Positions 49,030 to 60,486 of a DNA stretch of 64,000 nt are shown piece by piece. The stretch lies in NCBI GenBank assembly GCA_965153285.1, contig OZ229116.1, one strand, 5' to 3'. The notes below the pieces were generated by a model that ran no database searches, had not been told where the DNA came from, and saw only the letters and a program-made list of their open reading frames with translations. The translations under genes were made by a program, and so were the position numbers. Numbering within the stretch: position 1 is the first letter of the stretch; every line of letters starts with the position of its first letter. The stretch is from Podarcis tiliguerta. Taxonomy: Eukaryota.

Positions 49030-49705
49030 AGGTGCAGAATTTTGAGAGCCCGTTTGCACTCACTCAGGTATTTCGGTATTCCTTTAGCGCTCCTATAAGA
49101 AAGCTAGTCGACGCCGTCTCCTAGTGACCTGAAAAAGCTAACAGCACCTGTGTGTGCTTACTAGTGTGCTCACACACAAGAGAATCTCTCTCTCTCCCTT
49201 TCTCTCTCTATCTTCAGGCTCTAGTGCTTCCTTCCAGGTGTCTTCGCCTNNNNNNNNNNNNNNNNNNNNNNNNNNNNNNNNNNNNNNNNNNNNNNNNNNN
49301 NNNNNNNNNNNNNNNNNNNNNNNNNNNNNNNNNNNNNNNNNNNNNNNNNNNNNNNNNNNNNNNNNNNNNNNNNNNNNNNNNNNNNNNNNNNNNNNNNNNN
49401 NNNNNNNNNNNNNNNNNNNNNNNNNNNNNNNNNNNNNGCATGTGTGATGGATTGATTTATCCACAGTAGTTGAGACCCTTTTCTAGACATGGCTGTCATT
49501 TCCCCCCCTCTCCTCTCTTTTATATGAAAGAAGAACAGAATGGCAAATAAGCATATGGCAAGAAGAAGGGGGCGGGCGGGCGGATTCAGGCCTACTGTAT
49601 GTGCCTCTCTCTGTGTGAGATCCAGAATCGGTTGAAAATATAAGAAAAACAAATATTAAAGCTGATCTGAGACTGTATGCGGTTGACTTGATAATGACAG
49701 GCATG
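49030..49705. promoter_or_regulatory. Candidate enhancer around N-run 4 (Pbx-Hox x2, Meis x2, RFX-like, GC boxes)
   Basis: TGATGGAT+TGATTTAT 49445-49460, CTGTCA 49493-49498, TGACAG 49695-49700, GTCTCCTAGTGAC 49116-49128, GGGCGGGCGGGCGG 49570-49583; CpGs retained. Confidence 0.55.
49250..49437. other. N-run, 188 nt
   Basis: Directly visible. Confidence 1.
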
Positions 49706-49860
49706 TGTCCTACTTGACAGAAGACAATCCTCTATTTTGAAGCACCGCCGGAAGAGAGTCCTCTATTTGAGGGCTAGCCATTCCAAGTATGATTTAAAGA
49801 TAAGGAATCATAAAATGGGAGAGCAGCAGCCTTGAAGTGCCCCATCAACAGTCAGCAGAC
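49705..49860 (+). mobile_element. hAT (Blackjack-like) fragment
   Basis: Homologous to 62417-62570 (gtcctctatttga...gataaggaatcataaaa...cccatcaaca). Confidence 0.55.
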
Positions 49861-50369
49861 TGAGCAAGCACACAAGTCACCCGGTGTCTTCCCCGCTGTA
49901 GCGAGTTGCATTGTATTTCTCTTTAAATTATAGTAATTATTTTTAAATTTGTGTCTATGCATATGAATTATCACGTGCAAATCTGATGCAAATTGAGGGC
50001 CCTCTTTTGTCTTCTTTCTTGGTGATGCAAACCTCCTGTTTTTTAAAATATTTTTTAATTTCATTTTAATGCATAACTGGCATCTTAGGTCCAATCCATA
50101 AGTAACCTGTAGATCAGCTTTTACAGCCTAATGGATACAGGTAGAGGACTGTGCGGTGATAGCTGGAGTTGCATGATAGGCAAGGCTTTTGGTACAGAGC
50201 CAAACAGTACAGAACTATTCCATGCTTTAAAAAAAGACTGTGACAATACCTTGTTGTGGGAGTTCTGCTGGTGCAGTATGGGAACATAATTGGGAGAATG
50301 AGTCTGCTCAGTGGCTGTAGGATGCTGTTCAAGATGGTTTTAATGTCTCATCTCCTTCTCAATAAAGCC

Positions 50370-50870
50370 TCTTAAGGGAGGTCAGATGCAGAAGGAGGAA
50401 ACTGGGAGGAGGAGGCGTCAGCAGCAGGAGAGATGACAGGGTTTAGTGAACAAGAAGAGTCTGTGGCAGAGTGCAGTTCAGACTCTGAGACTGAAGCAGA
50501 GGCTGGAGAGGAGGGGGTGTCAAAAGGCTGTTGAAGAATCCAGGGAGTCTCCCCCTCCTGCTGCAACCAGCTCCCCTCCCCCTGGTCTCTGAGAATATGC
50601 AGAGAAATGAAAAGAGCAGAATGAAGATGAGTTGTGCACAGACACAGCTTGAGACTAGAGCTTGTGGGCAGGACTCTTCCTCACCCAGGCACCTCATGCC
50701 TTTGCTCTGTTCCTGGTACAGTGGTGCATTTCCTTCCCTCCCTCAGCGGCGACAGCCCTAACTGCAAAACCACGAGCAAGGTGAAGGCGGAGAGGAGCAT
50801 GTGGAGTTTGCAAGGGGTCACGCTGGAGGGTGGAGCTTGTGGAATCTATTGTTTAAGCCAGTCAGTTTCA
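50370..50870 (+). mobile_element. LTR-like remnant (Gypsy-type LTR suspected)
   Basis: Purine-rich gaggaggagg../gactgaagcagaggc../ctcccctcccctggtctct tract resembling squamate Gypsy LTRs; termini not resolved. Confidence 0.3.
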
Positions 50871-50911
50871 AAAATGTCCCTAATTTCATCGGAGGAACAT
50901 TGGAGGGTATG

Positions 50912-51256
50912 CAGTGCCGTATTTACGTATAAGCTAAACAAGCTATAGCTTTGGGCCCCACTCTCTTGGGGGTCCCCACAAAAAATTTAAAGGAAAAAAA
51001 CCTGGGTGTACATTTCCAAAATATAAGATAAAAAACAAATAAACCTACATACAGTAACAGTGTTTTGTGTTGTGTAGGCTCCTATTTGTTATGTGCAAAT
51101 GGGTTTAGATACTTATTAGGTCCATAAATTACCATATAGCATATATTCAACACAAAGACCAGTGACAATTTGTTGTTGACAAAGGACAGCTGGACATATA
51201 AAGAGCTCCAGTACCTTCGGTAGCTTAGGGCCTCATCCAACCTAAATCCAGCCCTG
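50912..51256. mobile_element. hAT MITE with perfect 8-bp TSD
   Basis: TIR cagtgccgtattta / taaatccagccctg; TSD agggtatg at 50904-50911 and 51257-51264. Confidence 0.88.
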
Positions 51257-51854
51257 AGGGTATGGAAAGGCTTAACTCTAACTTAAGCATGAAGCACCTC
51301 AAGGAAGGAGAGGAGAGGCCTTGATGTTGCCTTTCAACAGTTGCTCTCTGCCAGGTGCTCTGCATGTTTTCTTGGTCACAGTCTTCCCACTACAGTCAGA
51401 TGTATTTCTGTTTACATTGTAACAATTATTTCTAAATTTTGGGCTATATGTATAAACAAGCACATACATGTTTTATGCAAAGCTGGGTCTTCTTTTGACC
51501 TTGATCCTTTGGGGCTACACATAAGCAGCCACTCTGTACAGTAAGGTCTGAGTCATTTATCCATCAAAGGGCTTCATTCCCTCATGGACAACTTTTTGGA
51601 GGGTTAGGGTTAGGGTGATAGGTGCAACCAGAGGCAAAAGTGCAAACACAAACCCACAGGGTTCTGCAGACACACCCACACTTCTCTCTATCCTCCATCT
51701 TGATAAGCAAAAGACTTCATCACAGCTCAAGGAAATATACCAGCCAGGTCAAAAGCACTTGAGGAAGGTGTAGAGGAGGGCTGCAAAGATTGGGGCAGGC
51801 TGGGGAGCTGTCATGAGCTAGACAGACTTCAAATGACCAGACAGAAAGAATCCT

Positions 51855-52200
51855 TGTTGTTGTTTAGTCGTTTAGTCGTGTCCGACTCTTTGTGACCCCA
51901 TGGACCAGAGCACGCCAGGCACTCCTGTCTTCCACTGCCTCCCGCAGTTTGGTCAAACTCATGCTGGTAGCTTCAAGAACACTGTTCTCTGTCGTCCCCT
52001 TCTCCTTGTGTCCTCCATCTTTCCCAACATCAGGGTCTTTTCCAGGGAGTCTTCTCTTCTCATGAGGTGGCCAAATTATTGGAGCCTCAGCTTCAGGATC
52101 TGTTCTTCCAGTGAGCACTCAGGGCTGATTTCCTTAAGAAAGGATAGGTTTGATCTTCTTGCAGTCCATGGGACTCTCAAGAGTCTCCTCCAGCACCATT
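51855..52200 (-). mobile_element. BovB (RTE) LINE 3' end, 5'-truncated
   Basis: Highly similar to 33120-33473; (TTG)n tail; perfect 12-bp TSD agaaagaatcct at 51843-51854 and 52201-52212; small internal deletion. Confidence 0.95.
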
Positions 52201-53739
52201 AGAAAGAATCCTAGATGGCTGCATTTCAGCCCCAGGACAGAGTTTCCTGCTACGCGGCACTAGTGCACTTCTGCTGCTGCTGCTTACTTCCGAGTTCTTC
52301 CCCCATAACAAAGGGAGAAAAGTTATTTTGCCCTAGCACTGGGAATCTAGGACCAATACATATGTTCTGATGTCTCTGTGGCACAACTTATTACTCAGCT
52401 TAGCAGTATGTCATTTGCTTGACTGAAGTCAAAAGACTTAATCAAATATTTAATGTTCAAGCACCTGACTGGCTTGTACACTAACCATCACTGGAGCGCT
52501 GCCGCTCCCCCATCCCCCACTTTTAAAAAATCACTAAATTACTAAATTTCCAAACACAGGGAAAGGGATTACTGTTGAATAGTCCCACTGGCTTGTGGAA
52601 CTTCAGTTCTCTGGTGTGAGTAAAACAGCCTGTGATTCTGAATGAATAGGAATGCACTTCTAAGTTTTCAACTACCTCAGCAAGCAAGACTAAAAAGTTT
52701 TAAATAGGTTTTCCTTTGCCAAATTGACAAAAAATAGTGGTCAGGTTCAGATCCTTATCAGTTTTGGCCACAGACCCCAAGAGTTAGATAATTCTTTCCT
52801 CTGTACTCTGTTTTAATATAAAACATCTCTGGAAGACTGTGAGTTCTAATGAGTGAAAAAAGTAAAGAGAGGAGAATGTCTCTTTAATTCTTTTCTTTTG
52901 GTTACCCCCCCAAAAAGAGTCAGAACTGCTCTCTTTTCACTAGGATAGGGCAAAATAGAAGTTCATGTAGCTTTCCTTGAATTTCCCCCCTCCTGATGAA
53001 AAAGTAGCTTGGGGAAAGGGATTTCAGCTGAAAAATGTCCAGAAGGGACAGAGTTAGGGTGCTTCTAGATGAGAGGGTCATAAGAATGCAATTCAGGTGT
53101 CATTCAGGTCTCCACTCTCAAAGCTTTATTTTATACATTTATTTGCATTTTTAACCAGCAATTAACCATTTCAGTCTCAGAAACAAGGCACTTCATCATT
53201 TTAGTAAAACAAAGCCACTCACAAGCGAATCCTCTTGAACATCCTCGGTCACAAGATGCCTGCTTAAATAAAACAGATCTTAGATTGTAAGACTGGGGTG
53301 AATCATCCCTGAATTGCTGTTTCGCCTAAATTGGGGGAGGCACTTCATGTGTCAGGTTGGGGCCAAGTTATGACTCATAATGGGAAATGGTTCACAGGAG
53401 GATGAGGGTTAGCATATGAGCATATACATCAAATTTGTTTCGATCTAAATTTACTCCTGCCTACTGTTTAAATCAGTAGGACTTAGTCACAACTTAGATC
53501 CCCTTGATTTCAATGGGTCTACTCAAAGCATGAATAAATCTGGGTGAGTAACCTTCAGTTCGCGGACCAGTTCATTGGGTCCCCTCATTTTTCTGAAACT
53601 GTACCCAACTGCCCCACACTTGATATATATGATATCAGGTGTACAGCAGGTAGAGATGTGCTGCAGAAAGCAAGACTGAACTTCATGAAACCAGCTCATT
53701 TGTGCAGAATTCCATCCTGCTTGGTTTGGATGTGTGAAT

Positions 53740-54028
53740 TGAATCTGCATGACGGGGTGAGCTCCCATTGCTCTGTCCCAGCTTCTGCCAACCTAGCAGT
53801 TCGAAAGCATATAAGTGCAAGTAGATAAACAGGTACCGCTGTGGCGGGAAGGTAAATGGCGTTTCCGTGTGCTCTGGCGCAGTCCTCTGTGTGCCAGAAG
53901 CGGTTTAGTCATGCTGGCCACATGACCCAGAAAGCTGCCTATGGACAAACACCAGCTCCCTCAGCCCAAAGCGAGATGAGCGCCACACCTTTGACTGAAT
54001 ATAACCGTCCAGGGGCCCTTACCTTTTT
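53740..54028 (+). mobile_element. Sauria SINE (Squam1), 5'-truncated
   Basis: gacggggtgagctccc...acctagcagttcgaaagc...catgctggccacatgacc...ggggcccttaccttt. Confidence 0.88.
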
Positions 54029-54039
54029 AAAAAAAATAA

Positions 54040-54385
54040 ATAATAATTTTATTTATATTCTACCCATCTGTCTGGGTTTCCCCTGCCACTCTAGGTGGCT
54101 TACAGTAAATATAAAAACATAGTAAAACATCAAACATTATAAACTTCCCAATACATGGCTGCCTTCAGATGTCTTCTAAAAGTTGTGTAGTTTTTTTTAT
54201 CTCTTTGACATCTGATGGGAGGGCATTCCACAGCGAGGACATCACTGCCAAGAAGGCCCTCTTCCTGGTTCCCTGTAACTTTACTTCTTGCAGTGAAGGA
54301 ACCACCAGAAGACCCTTGGAGGAGGACCTCAGTGTTTGGGCTGAGCAATGTGGGTGGAGATGCTTCTTCAGGTATACTGGGTAGA
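54040..54385 (-). mobile_element. L2 LINE 3' end
   Basis: Minus-strand frames give YLKKHL..TLRSSS..LLVVP..RAFL...LWNALP..FRRHLK. Confidence 0.8.
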
Positions 54386-54415
54386 AATATCTGGCTGGGT
54401 AGAAATATCTGGCTG
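54377..54415. repeat. 18-bp tandem duplication
   Basis: ctgggtagaaatatctgg x2 + ctg. Confidence 0.9.
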
Positions 54416-54892
54416 CCTGGGCCAAAATTTTTCCTAAGATATGACTGGGGCACTTAAGAGTCCCCATCCCAGTGCCTTAAATGTTGAAGGCAGAAACGTG
54501 AAAAGATACTTCATGTTGAAAAGTTGATCTTCCTTGTTGAGGAAGATGCGTTTAGAATTTTTGGCCAAGTTTTGTTGAGCTGACCTTCCTTACTGATTTT
54601 AATCCATGAAAATCTATTCATTTGCAGCCATCATGTCTCATCCATCCTATTTCTCTTGTCATTATTACTAAACAATGTAAGCCACTTTCATTTTATTTTG
54701 CTTTTCAGATCTATGTCCTTAAGATTTTTCTTCTCATTGCAGATCAAGCAGATGCAGAGGAACAAAGAAACAAAAAGAACTGCTCATCATGTGACATAGC
54801 AGGTCTAGTGAGCATGTTGTTGTCAATCTATGAGCCCTCCCATTTGTAACACTATAGCTGCAGTTTTTCTGCAGTTTTCTGCATGTTTCCTC

Positions 54893-55118
54893 CTGGTCGA
54901 AAGAAATTAAAAAATTGCCCAGTAGCACCTTAGAGACCAACTAAATTTGTTCTGGGTATAAGCTTTTGTGTGCACGCACACTTCTTCAGATACCTAAAGA
55001 AGTGTGCACGAAAGCTTATACCAAGAACACCCTTAGTTGGTCTCTAAGGTGCTACTGGACAATTTTTATATTTTTTTATTTATTTCAACTGCGTCAGACC
55101 AACATGGCTACCTACCTG
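54893..55118. mobile_element. Penelope-like element, inverted terminal fragments
   Basis: Palindrome homologous to 31992-32212 in the opposite overall orientation. Confidence 0.8.
54955..54994 (-). ncRNA. Degenerate minimal type I hammerhead ribozyme
   Basis: Minus strand reads ggtat-CTGAAGA-A-gtgtgcgtgcacac-AAAA(GAAA)-gctt-atacc; stem I ggtat/atacc. Confidence 0.6.
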
Positions 55119-55751
55119 TTTCCTCCTGGTGTTATCATTCCATTGCTGTTCTGCAATATTGCAGTCATTAAACCACTTGTTCTTCTGTTGCAAAAAACCC
55201 CAACATTTGTGAATGATCTGGAATATTTCCATTGTGTGGAAGGTGTTATGTGCAGTTTCCCAGACTTTATGTTGTGCTCAGTGTGTGTGGCTTGAGCATT
55301 ATGCATCTTTCCCCCCCTCTCTGATTTCTCTCCTTCCCCAGGAGATTGGTTATCCACAGCCTAGAACAGAGTAATGAAATCAATAGATTCTGTCACCTAA
55401 TATTCCTGTTTTTCTCTCTTGAATGGAATTCTGGAATATCAGGTGTGCAGTATCCCTGCACCTCCAAAATGAACCCCCATCATAGCAGGGCTATCATTAC
55501 CCTGCACAAAGCTCCAGCATTTACTTGGTTGGAAGAACAAGAGAATTCGAATGGGTGTGACTACAGCCACAGAACTTTTCTCAATCCTATCATTGGTGTG
55601 GATAGAAAAAGCTCCACCCCCCCCCAAAAAAAAACCAGTGACATGCAACCGGTGGCATGGATGGCTTGATACAACTTTATTTCCCCAACGCAACCACTAC
55701 AGCAGCTGTGACACTATAAACAGCACATAGGGAAGGGCTTTGTCTTACCTG

Positions 55752-55856
55752 GTGCTCTCCAGATTTCTTGGACTACATCTCCCATCAGCCTCAGCCAGCA
55801 CAGTCATGTTGGCTGGGGTTGATGGGAGTTGCGGTAATCTGGAAGGCACCTTGTTG
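55752..55856. mobile_element. Palindromic hAT-type MITE (cccatca family)
   Basis: ggtgctctccagat..ctcccatcagcc / gttgatgggag..atctggaaggcacc. Confidence 0.6.
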
Positions 55857-57607
55857 GATGTTCCAACTGAAGAAAAAGCTTTATGAATACCTACAATTCA
55901 TATTTAAGAACCGCTACTTTTTTATTAAAAAAATATCAAAAAGCTTTCCTTGATTTCTTCCCATGCATGCATATAAAATTTGGTATGCAAATATTACTGA
56001 TATATCAGGGTATCTTTGAGTATGTTTCAGCTGAACCCTAGCTACCTTTCCAATGCTAAGACAAAATATGAAGCTGAAAGATATTAATGTTGCAAGAGAA
56101 GGAGTTCACTAGAGCATTGAGGATTAAACCTGCAAATACCTTTCTGCAAATGCCATTAAACCAGCTTTAGCTGTAATACTGTCCTGCTAGCAATATAATA
56201 GTGGGAATGTTTTGTAGATCAAAAAAGGAAGCCCCTTTCTAAAGTCTTTTGGGGTGATGGGTATGCGTGATTCAATATCCAGCGTGCTTAGGCCTTTTAT
56301 ATTTATTAGGCTGAACGTCATCATCATGCAAAGTCATGGGTTTATGTCATCTAAACAAAATATAATATGAAGCTTTTCAGTGTTAAAAAAAATACTTCAC
56401 AGCAACACACACACATGAGTAGAGATTTTACATGTGGTAATCAAAAATATGTGCTAAAGACTGTAAACAATGTTAATTTGCACTTGATACTTTGAGTTTA
56501 AAAAACACACAAACATCATTAGAAGTGAAGACTCATATAGACCAATTAAAATAACAAAACAGTGGATATATAGGAGGATATGCACTTTGAAAAAAACCAT
56601 ACAAACATACACCGAACTGTGGTCTGTTCCTTTATTTATGCCACATAGAAGGGTAAGGGGACCTCTTACTTTTGCAGAATCTTGTTTAGACATATAAAAT
56701 AAGTGTTAAATTGTGTTTTTAAGAGATTGCTTATGTGACTTAATATTGTGAACCTGAAGGCTTCTGCCACCCTCCGCCAAATAGGTGACAGACTAGGGGA
56801 AAAGAGATTTATCACTTTTTTAATTAAGTTTGTGTCAACTCATAAGGTTTATTTCAGTACAGATTTGTTGACCAAAGTATCTCTGGGAAACTTGCATTTA
56901 ACTGAAGACCAAATTCTAAACACACTGGACTGAACATACAGAGACATACAGTATGATCATAACCATGCCTACTCCAAGGTACGTCCTATTGAATTCCATT
57001 GGGATTACTCCCAGGTAAGCAAGGTTAGGCTTGCAACCGTAATTCTGAGTGAACAAGCACAGGACTATACTCGTAGAGAGCAATGCTTGGGGAAGGTTGT
57101 TGAGGGGCCAAAGGGTGTGCTGTCAGTTCATGGGCAGAGGCATCCCCAGTTCAGTGCTCTATGGATGACAGGGCAAGAAACGTGTTGGCATCAGATTGGG
57201 GGGAGCCTTGGATCCACAGGATACAAATGCCCTTCTTCCCACTAACACCCTGCCCCCTGAAAAAGGGCAAAATAATCTGTGCCAGTTCTGGGGACCATTG
57301 GTGTCAGTGGAAGGATTTAAAACAAAGGTATGGCTTTAACTGTATACCTTTATTTGTACTTTGTTCCATTTCAGGCTCTTTTGAACCAATAGCCATATCC
57401 ACCACAGTCCCGGAAACTATCTATAACCTGACTCTTGCCAAGGCCTGACAGAAAGTCATTTTCCTCATTCAATGGAAACTCAAATTTGATAGCTGATTTT
57501 CCCACAACCAGAATATTCTGTGCCTCCCCTTACCACTGTGCTTTTGTATGTTGTTTTGGCAAATTATTATGCAACATACAAAACTGATGCTACTGCCCCC
57601 CCCCCGA

Positions 57608-57890
57608 GAAGGGATGGGTGACAAATGTGAACCAGTCCTCGTTTAAAGGCAAATTTAACAAATTCGTTCTTTCTGAAACAATGCATAAACCAAAACACAG
57701 CCATCCTTTAAAATTCACGTCTCTGAATTTTGCAAAGCAGTTCTCCTGCCAAGTAATATGTGTGTGTATAAAGTGTGCATTAAAATACATATATTAGGGT
57801 TGGAAATATACACAAATTTATATAAAGGCAAATTGCTTTGCAAAAATAAGAATATAAGGAATTCTGATGAATTTTCATGAGGACCATTCC
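57608..57890 (+). mobile_element. Old dispersed non-autonomous element (family of 18705)
   Basis: agggatgggtga...tttaaaggcaaat...aaacacagccatcc. Confidence 0.55.
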
Positions 57891-57899
57891 CCACATTTT

Positions 57900-58485
57900 A
57901 ATTGTTTTAACTGAACTTTATTGACAAGTAAAATAGGTTATAATATAATATAATATAATATAATATAATATAATATAATATAATATAATATAATAATATA
58001 ATATAATAATATACCTTTTGAATGAAACAAATTAATTTTCTATATATTTAAAATGCCAATAACCTTTTTATATTTTCCATTCATGGCTATCCTTTTCTTG
58101 ATCTATTTTTTTTCACAACATGAAGTAGTCCACACCAATGCCTGAAATATCCAGTTCTCTCTTTACATAAGCTGTTGGCTGACTACATTTATTTAATTCT
58201 TTTTGATAATTAGCTACATTCTTCAACATTGCTGACAACTTAATCAAGCTCAGTTGTTCCCATATTTTTCGGATGATATCCTGCTTTGTTAGTTTATGTG
58301 CGCTTTCCCATGCTTTGGCATATAGCAACCTTGCAATGGTCAAAACATGCAGAATCTGTATCTTATACAAATATGGGGCTGGCATTTCCCAAAATTTAAT
58401 AAGCAGACTCAGGGCTTTAAAGGTAGCTCCACGGACAAGCTTTCTCCTATGATTTCAACTAGGCAGTTCCAAAAACACTTTCCTA
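57900..58485 (-). mobile_element. Degenerate L1 ORF2 3' end
   Basis: Minus ORF 58113-58385 ILHVLTIARLLYAKAW..IRKIWE..KLS resembles the L1 ORF2 C-terminus. Confidence 0.55.
57939..58013. repeat. (TATAA)n pentanucleotide microsatellite
   Basis: Directly visible. Confidence 0.95.
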
Positions 58486-58487
58486 TA

Positions 58488-58727
58488 CAGTGGTACCTTG
58501 GTTTACGAATGTAATCTGTTCCAGAAGTCCGTTCTTAAACCGAAACCGTTCTTAAACCAAGGCACACTTTCCCTAATTAGCCCTCCCACCGCCGGTGCCC
58601 TTTCACTCTTTGGATTCCATTCTTAGACTGAGGTAAAGTTTGCAAACCGGGACACTATTCCGTTTTTGTGGAGTTCGTAAACTGAATCATTCATAAACAG
58701 GACTGTTCTGGAACCAAGGTACCACTG
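58488..58727. mobile_element. Tc1/mariner (Tigger/pogo-like) MITE
   Basis: TIR CAGTGGTACCTTGGTT / AACCAAGGTACCACTG, TA TSD. Confidence 0.9.
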
Positions 58728-59408
58728 TATTTGAAAATTTGTTTTCATGAGGACTTTTTTGGGACGGGGGGAAGGAATCACAAACTGATCTGGAAATGTG
58801 GATAACTGAACTAAAGACTGGAAAATGAGAAACTGAGAGAAATCAGAATTGACAGATATGCCTGTCCCTACCCCTGAGTGAGCTTTATGCTCAAGGAACA
58901 TCATGTATACCTCTACCTTACTTCATTTTTCAGCTTGTGTGTGGATAGCGTTAAGACACCTGAATGCACTAAAGAACATGTGGCTCAGGGTATAAATGAA
59001 ATGTGTTGAAAAGTAACGCGTGGGTGCAAAATTTCCTCTTTTATTGCAGTTCACTGCCATAGCTTCTGGCTTCATTTTGCCCATGTGAAGCAAAGCGTCT
59101 AATGTGAGACGAAACACCATCTTGGAAGATGAAAATAAAGAATAAGCATCCTGTTCATTGGTTAGTAGGACACATAGTATGCAATCTAAAAGACCTTCAG
59201 CTGGTGTGTTGGAATATTTAAAACTGGAATCCTCACCATTCAGGGCAGGGCTGGGGGTCCTCAGGACTAATGGTCTCTCTCGCCTTCTGGCCCTCAGACC
59301 TCTTTCCAGGGCGCACCTCTCACTGGCCCTGCGGTGCAAAGTCCTTGGGTGTTTTGTGTGACTGGAATGTGTCCTCGAACTCTGACAATGCCTTTTGATT
59401 GTCTGGAT

Positions 59409-59544
59409 CAGGGTTTCCCAAACTTAGGTCTCCAGCTGTTTTTGGACTACAAATCCCACCATCCCTAGCTACCAGGACCAGTGATCGGGGATGATGGGAA
59501 TTGTAGTCCAAAAACAACTGGAGGCCGAAGTTTGGGAAACCCTG
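59409..59544. mobile_element. hAT MITE with perfect 8-bp TSD
   Basis: TIR CAGGGTTTCCCAAACTT / AAGTTTGGGAAACCCTG; TSD gtctggat at 59401-59408 and 59545-59552. Confidence 0.93.
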
Positions 59545-60147
59545 GTCTGGATGGAGGACAGACAGAGGTAGGTGTTGGTGTGTAGAAATTAGTCTAGTGT
59601 CCCAAGGTAAAGTTTACATCCATTTCTCCATCTAATAATGTCTCTGGACCCAATCAGAAGGCTTCTTATCTTCCTCTAGATGAACTTGTGAAACACAGAC
59701 CATACAAACAATACTCAGGATTTCAGAATATTAGTATATTTTAGCCCCATCACAGATTTTCTAGATTAGACTTTGACTCACCTTTTCTTCTAGTTTATAA
59801 CACAGTAGTGCTCAGTTTGAGTTTCCTTTGCATAAATTTCTGGTATAGCCAAACCTTAATGAGAGCCAGAGAGCAACAGTACTTATAGCCAAAACCTGTT
59901 TTCTATTGCTCAGAAATATACGAGGTAGTGTTAAAGCCAAGTGTGTTTTTAAATCTTCCCAAGAGCTCTTTTACCTCATCACTGCATATCCAAGAGCAGC
60001 TCTGCCATATATTTCATACCAGGGGCAGTGGAGCATGCTTCCAAGTCACTTGTGTGTCATTTCCAGGTAAAAGCATGTTAAGTGCTGGATATGGCAAAAC
60101 CACAACCTTACTGCATTTAATGTCGAAGATCTCAGCATTCCTTATGG

Positions 60148-60486
60148 GTAGCAATGGGGGAGAAATTCAATTCACTTCACATTTAAAGGTGAACACACCC
60201 AATTCACACTTTCTAGAACAATGTGTGAAACTGAAACACATCCCTTCATTGCAAATTTGCCCATCTCCACGTTTTGCAATATAGTTCTTCAGCGAAGTCG
60301 TTTGTACAAAAATGCACATATTGGGGTAAGTGTGCATAGAAATGCATGGGGGGGGGATGCTGTTTTTATGAGGTCTTTTAAAGTAATGTAAACAGATGAG
60401 GAAATACGGAGAACTGAATTTAAGATTGCAAAAATAAGAATGAGAAACTGACAGAAACGAAAATGGACCAATTCCCCCGTCCCTGT
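60148..60486 (+). mobile_element. Old dispersed non-autonomous element (family of 18705)
   Basis: gggggagaaattcaattcacttcacatttaaaggtgaa...ttcccccgtccctg. Confidence 0.6.

Noticed and set aside
51600-51617. gggttagggttaggg interstitial telomeric repeat
   Set aside because: Only about 2.5 units, too short to support an interstitial telomere call.
54743-54802. Possible exon DQADAEEQRNKKNCSSCDIA after a good acceptor
   Set aside because: Donor (GTCTAG) is weak, the peptide is unrecognised and there are no partner exons.
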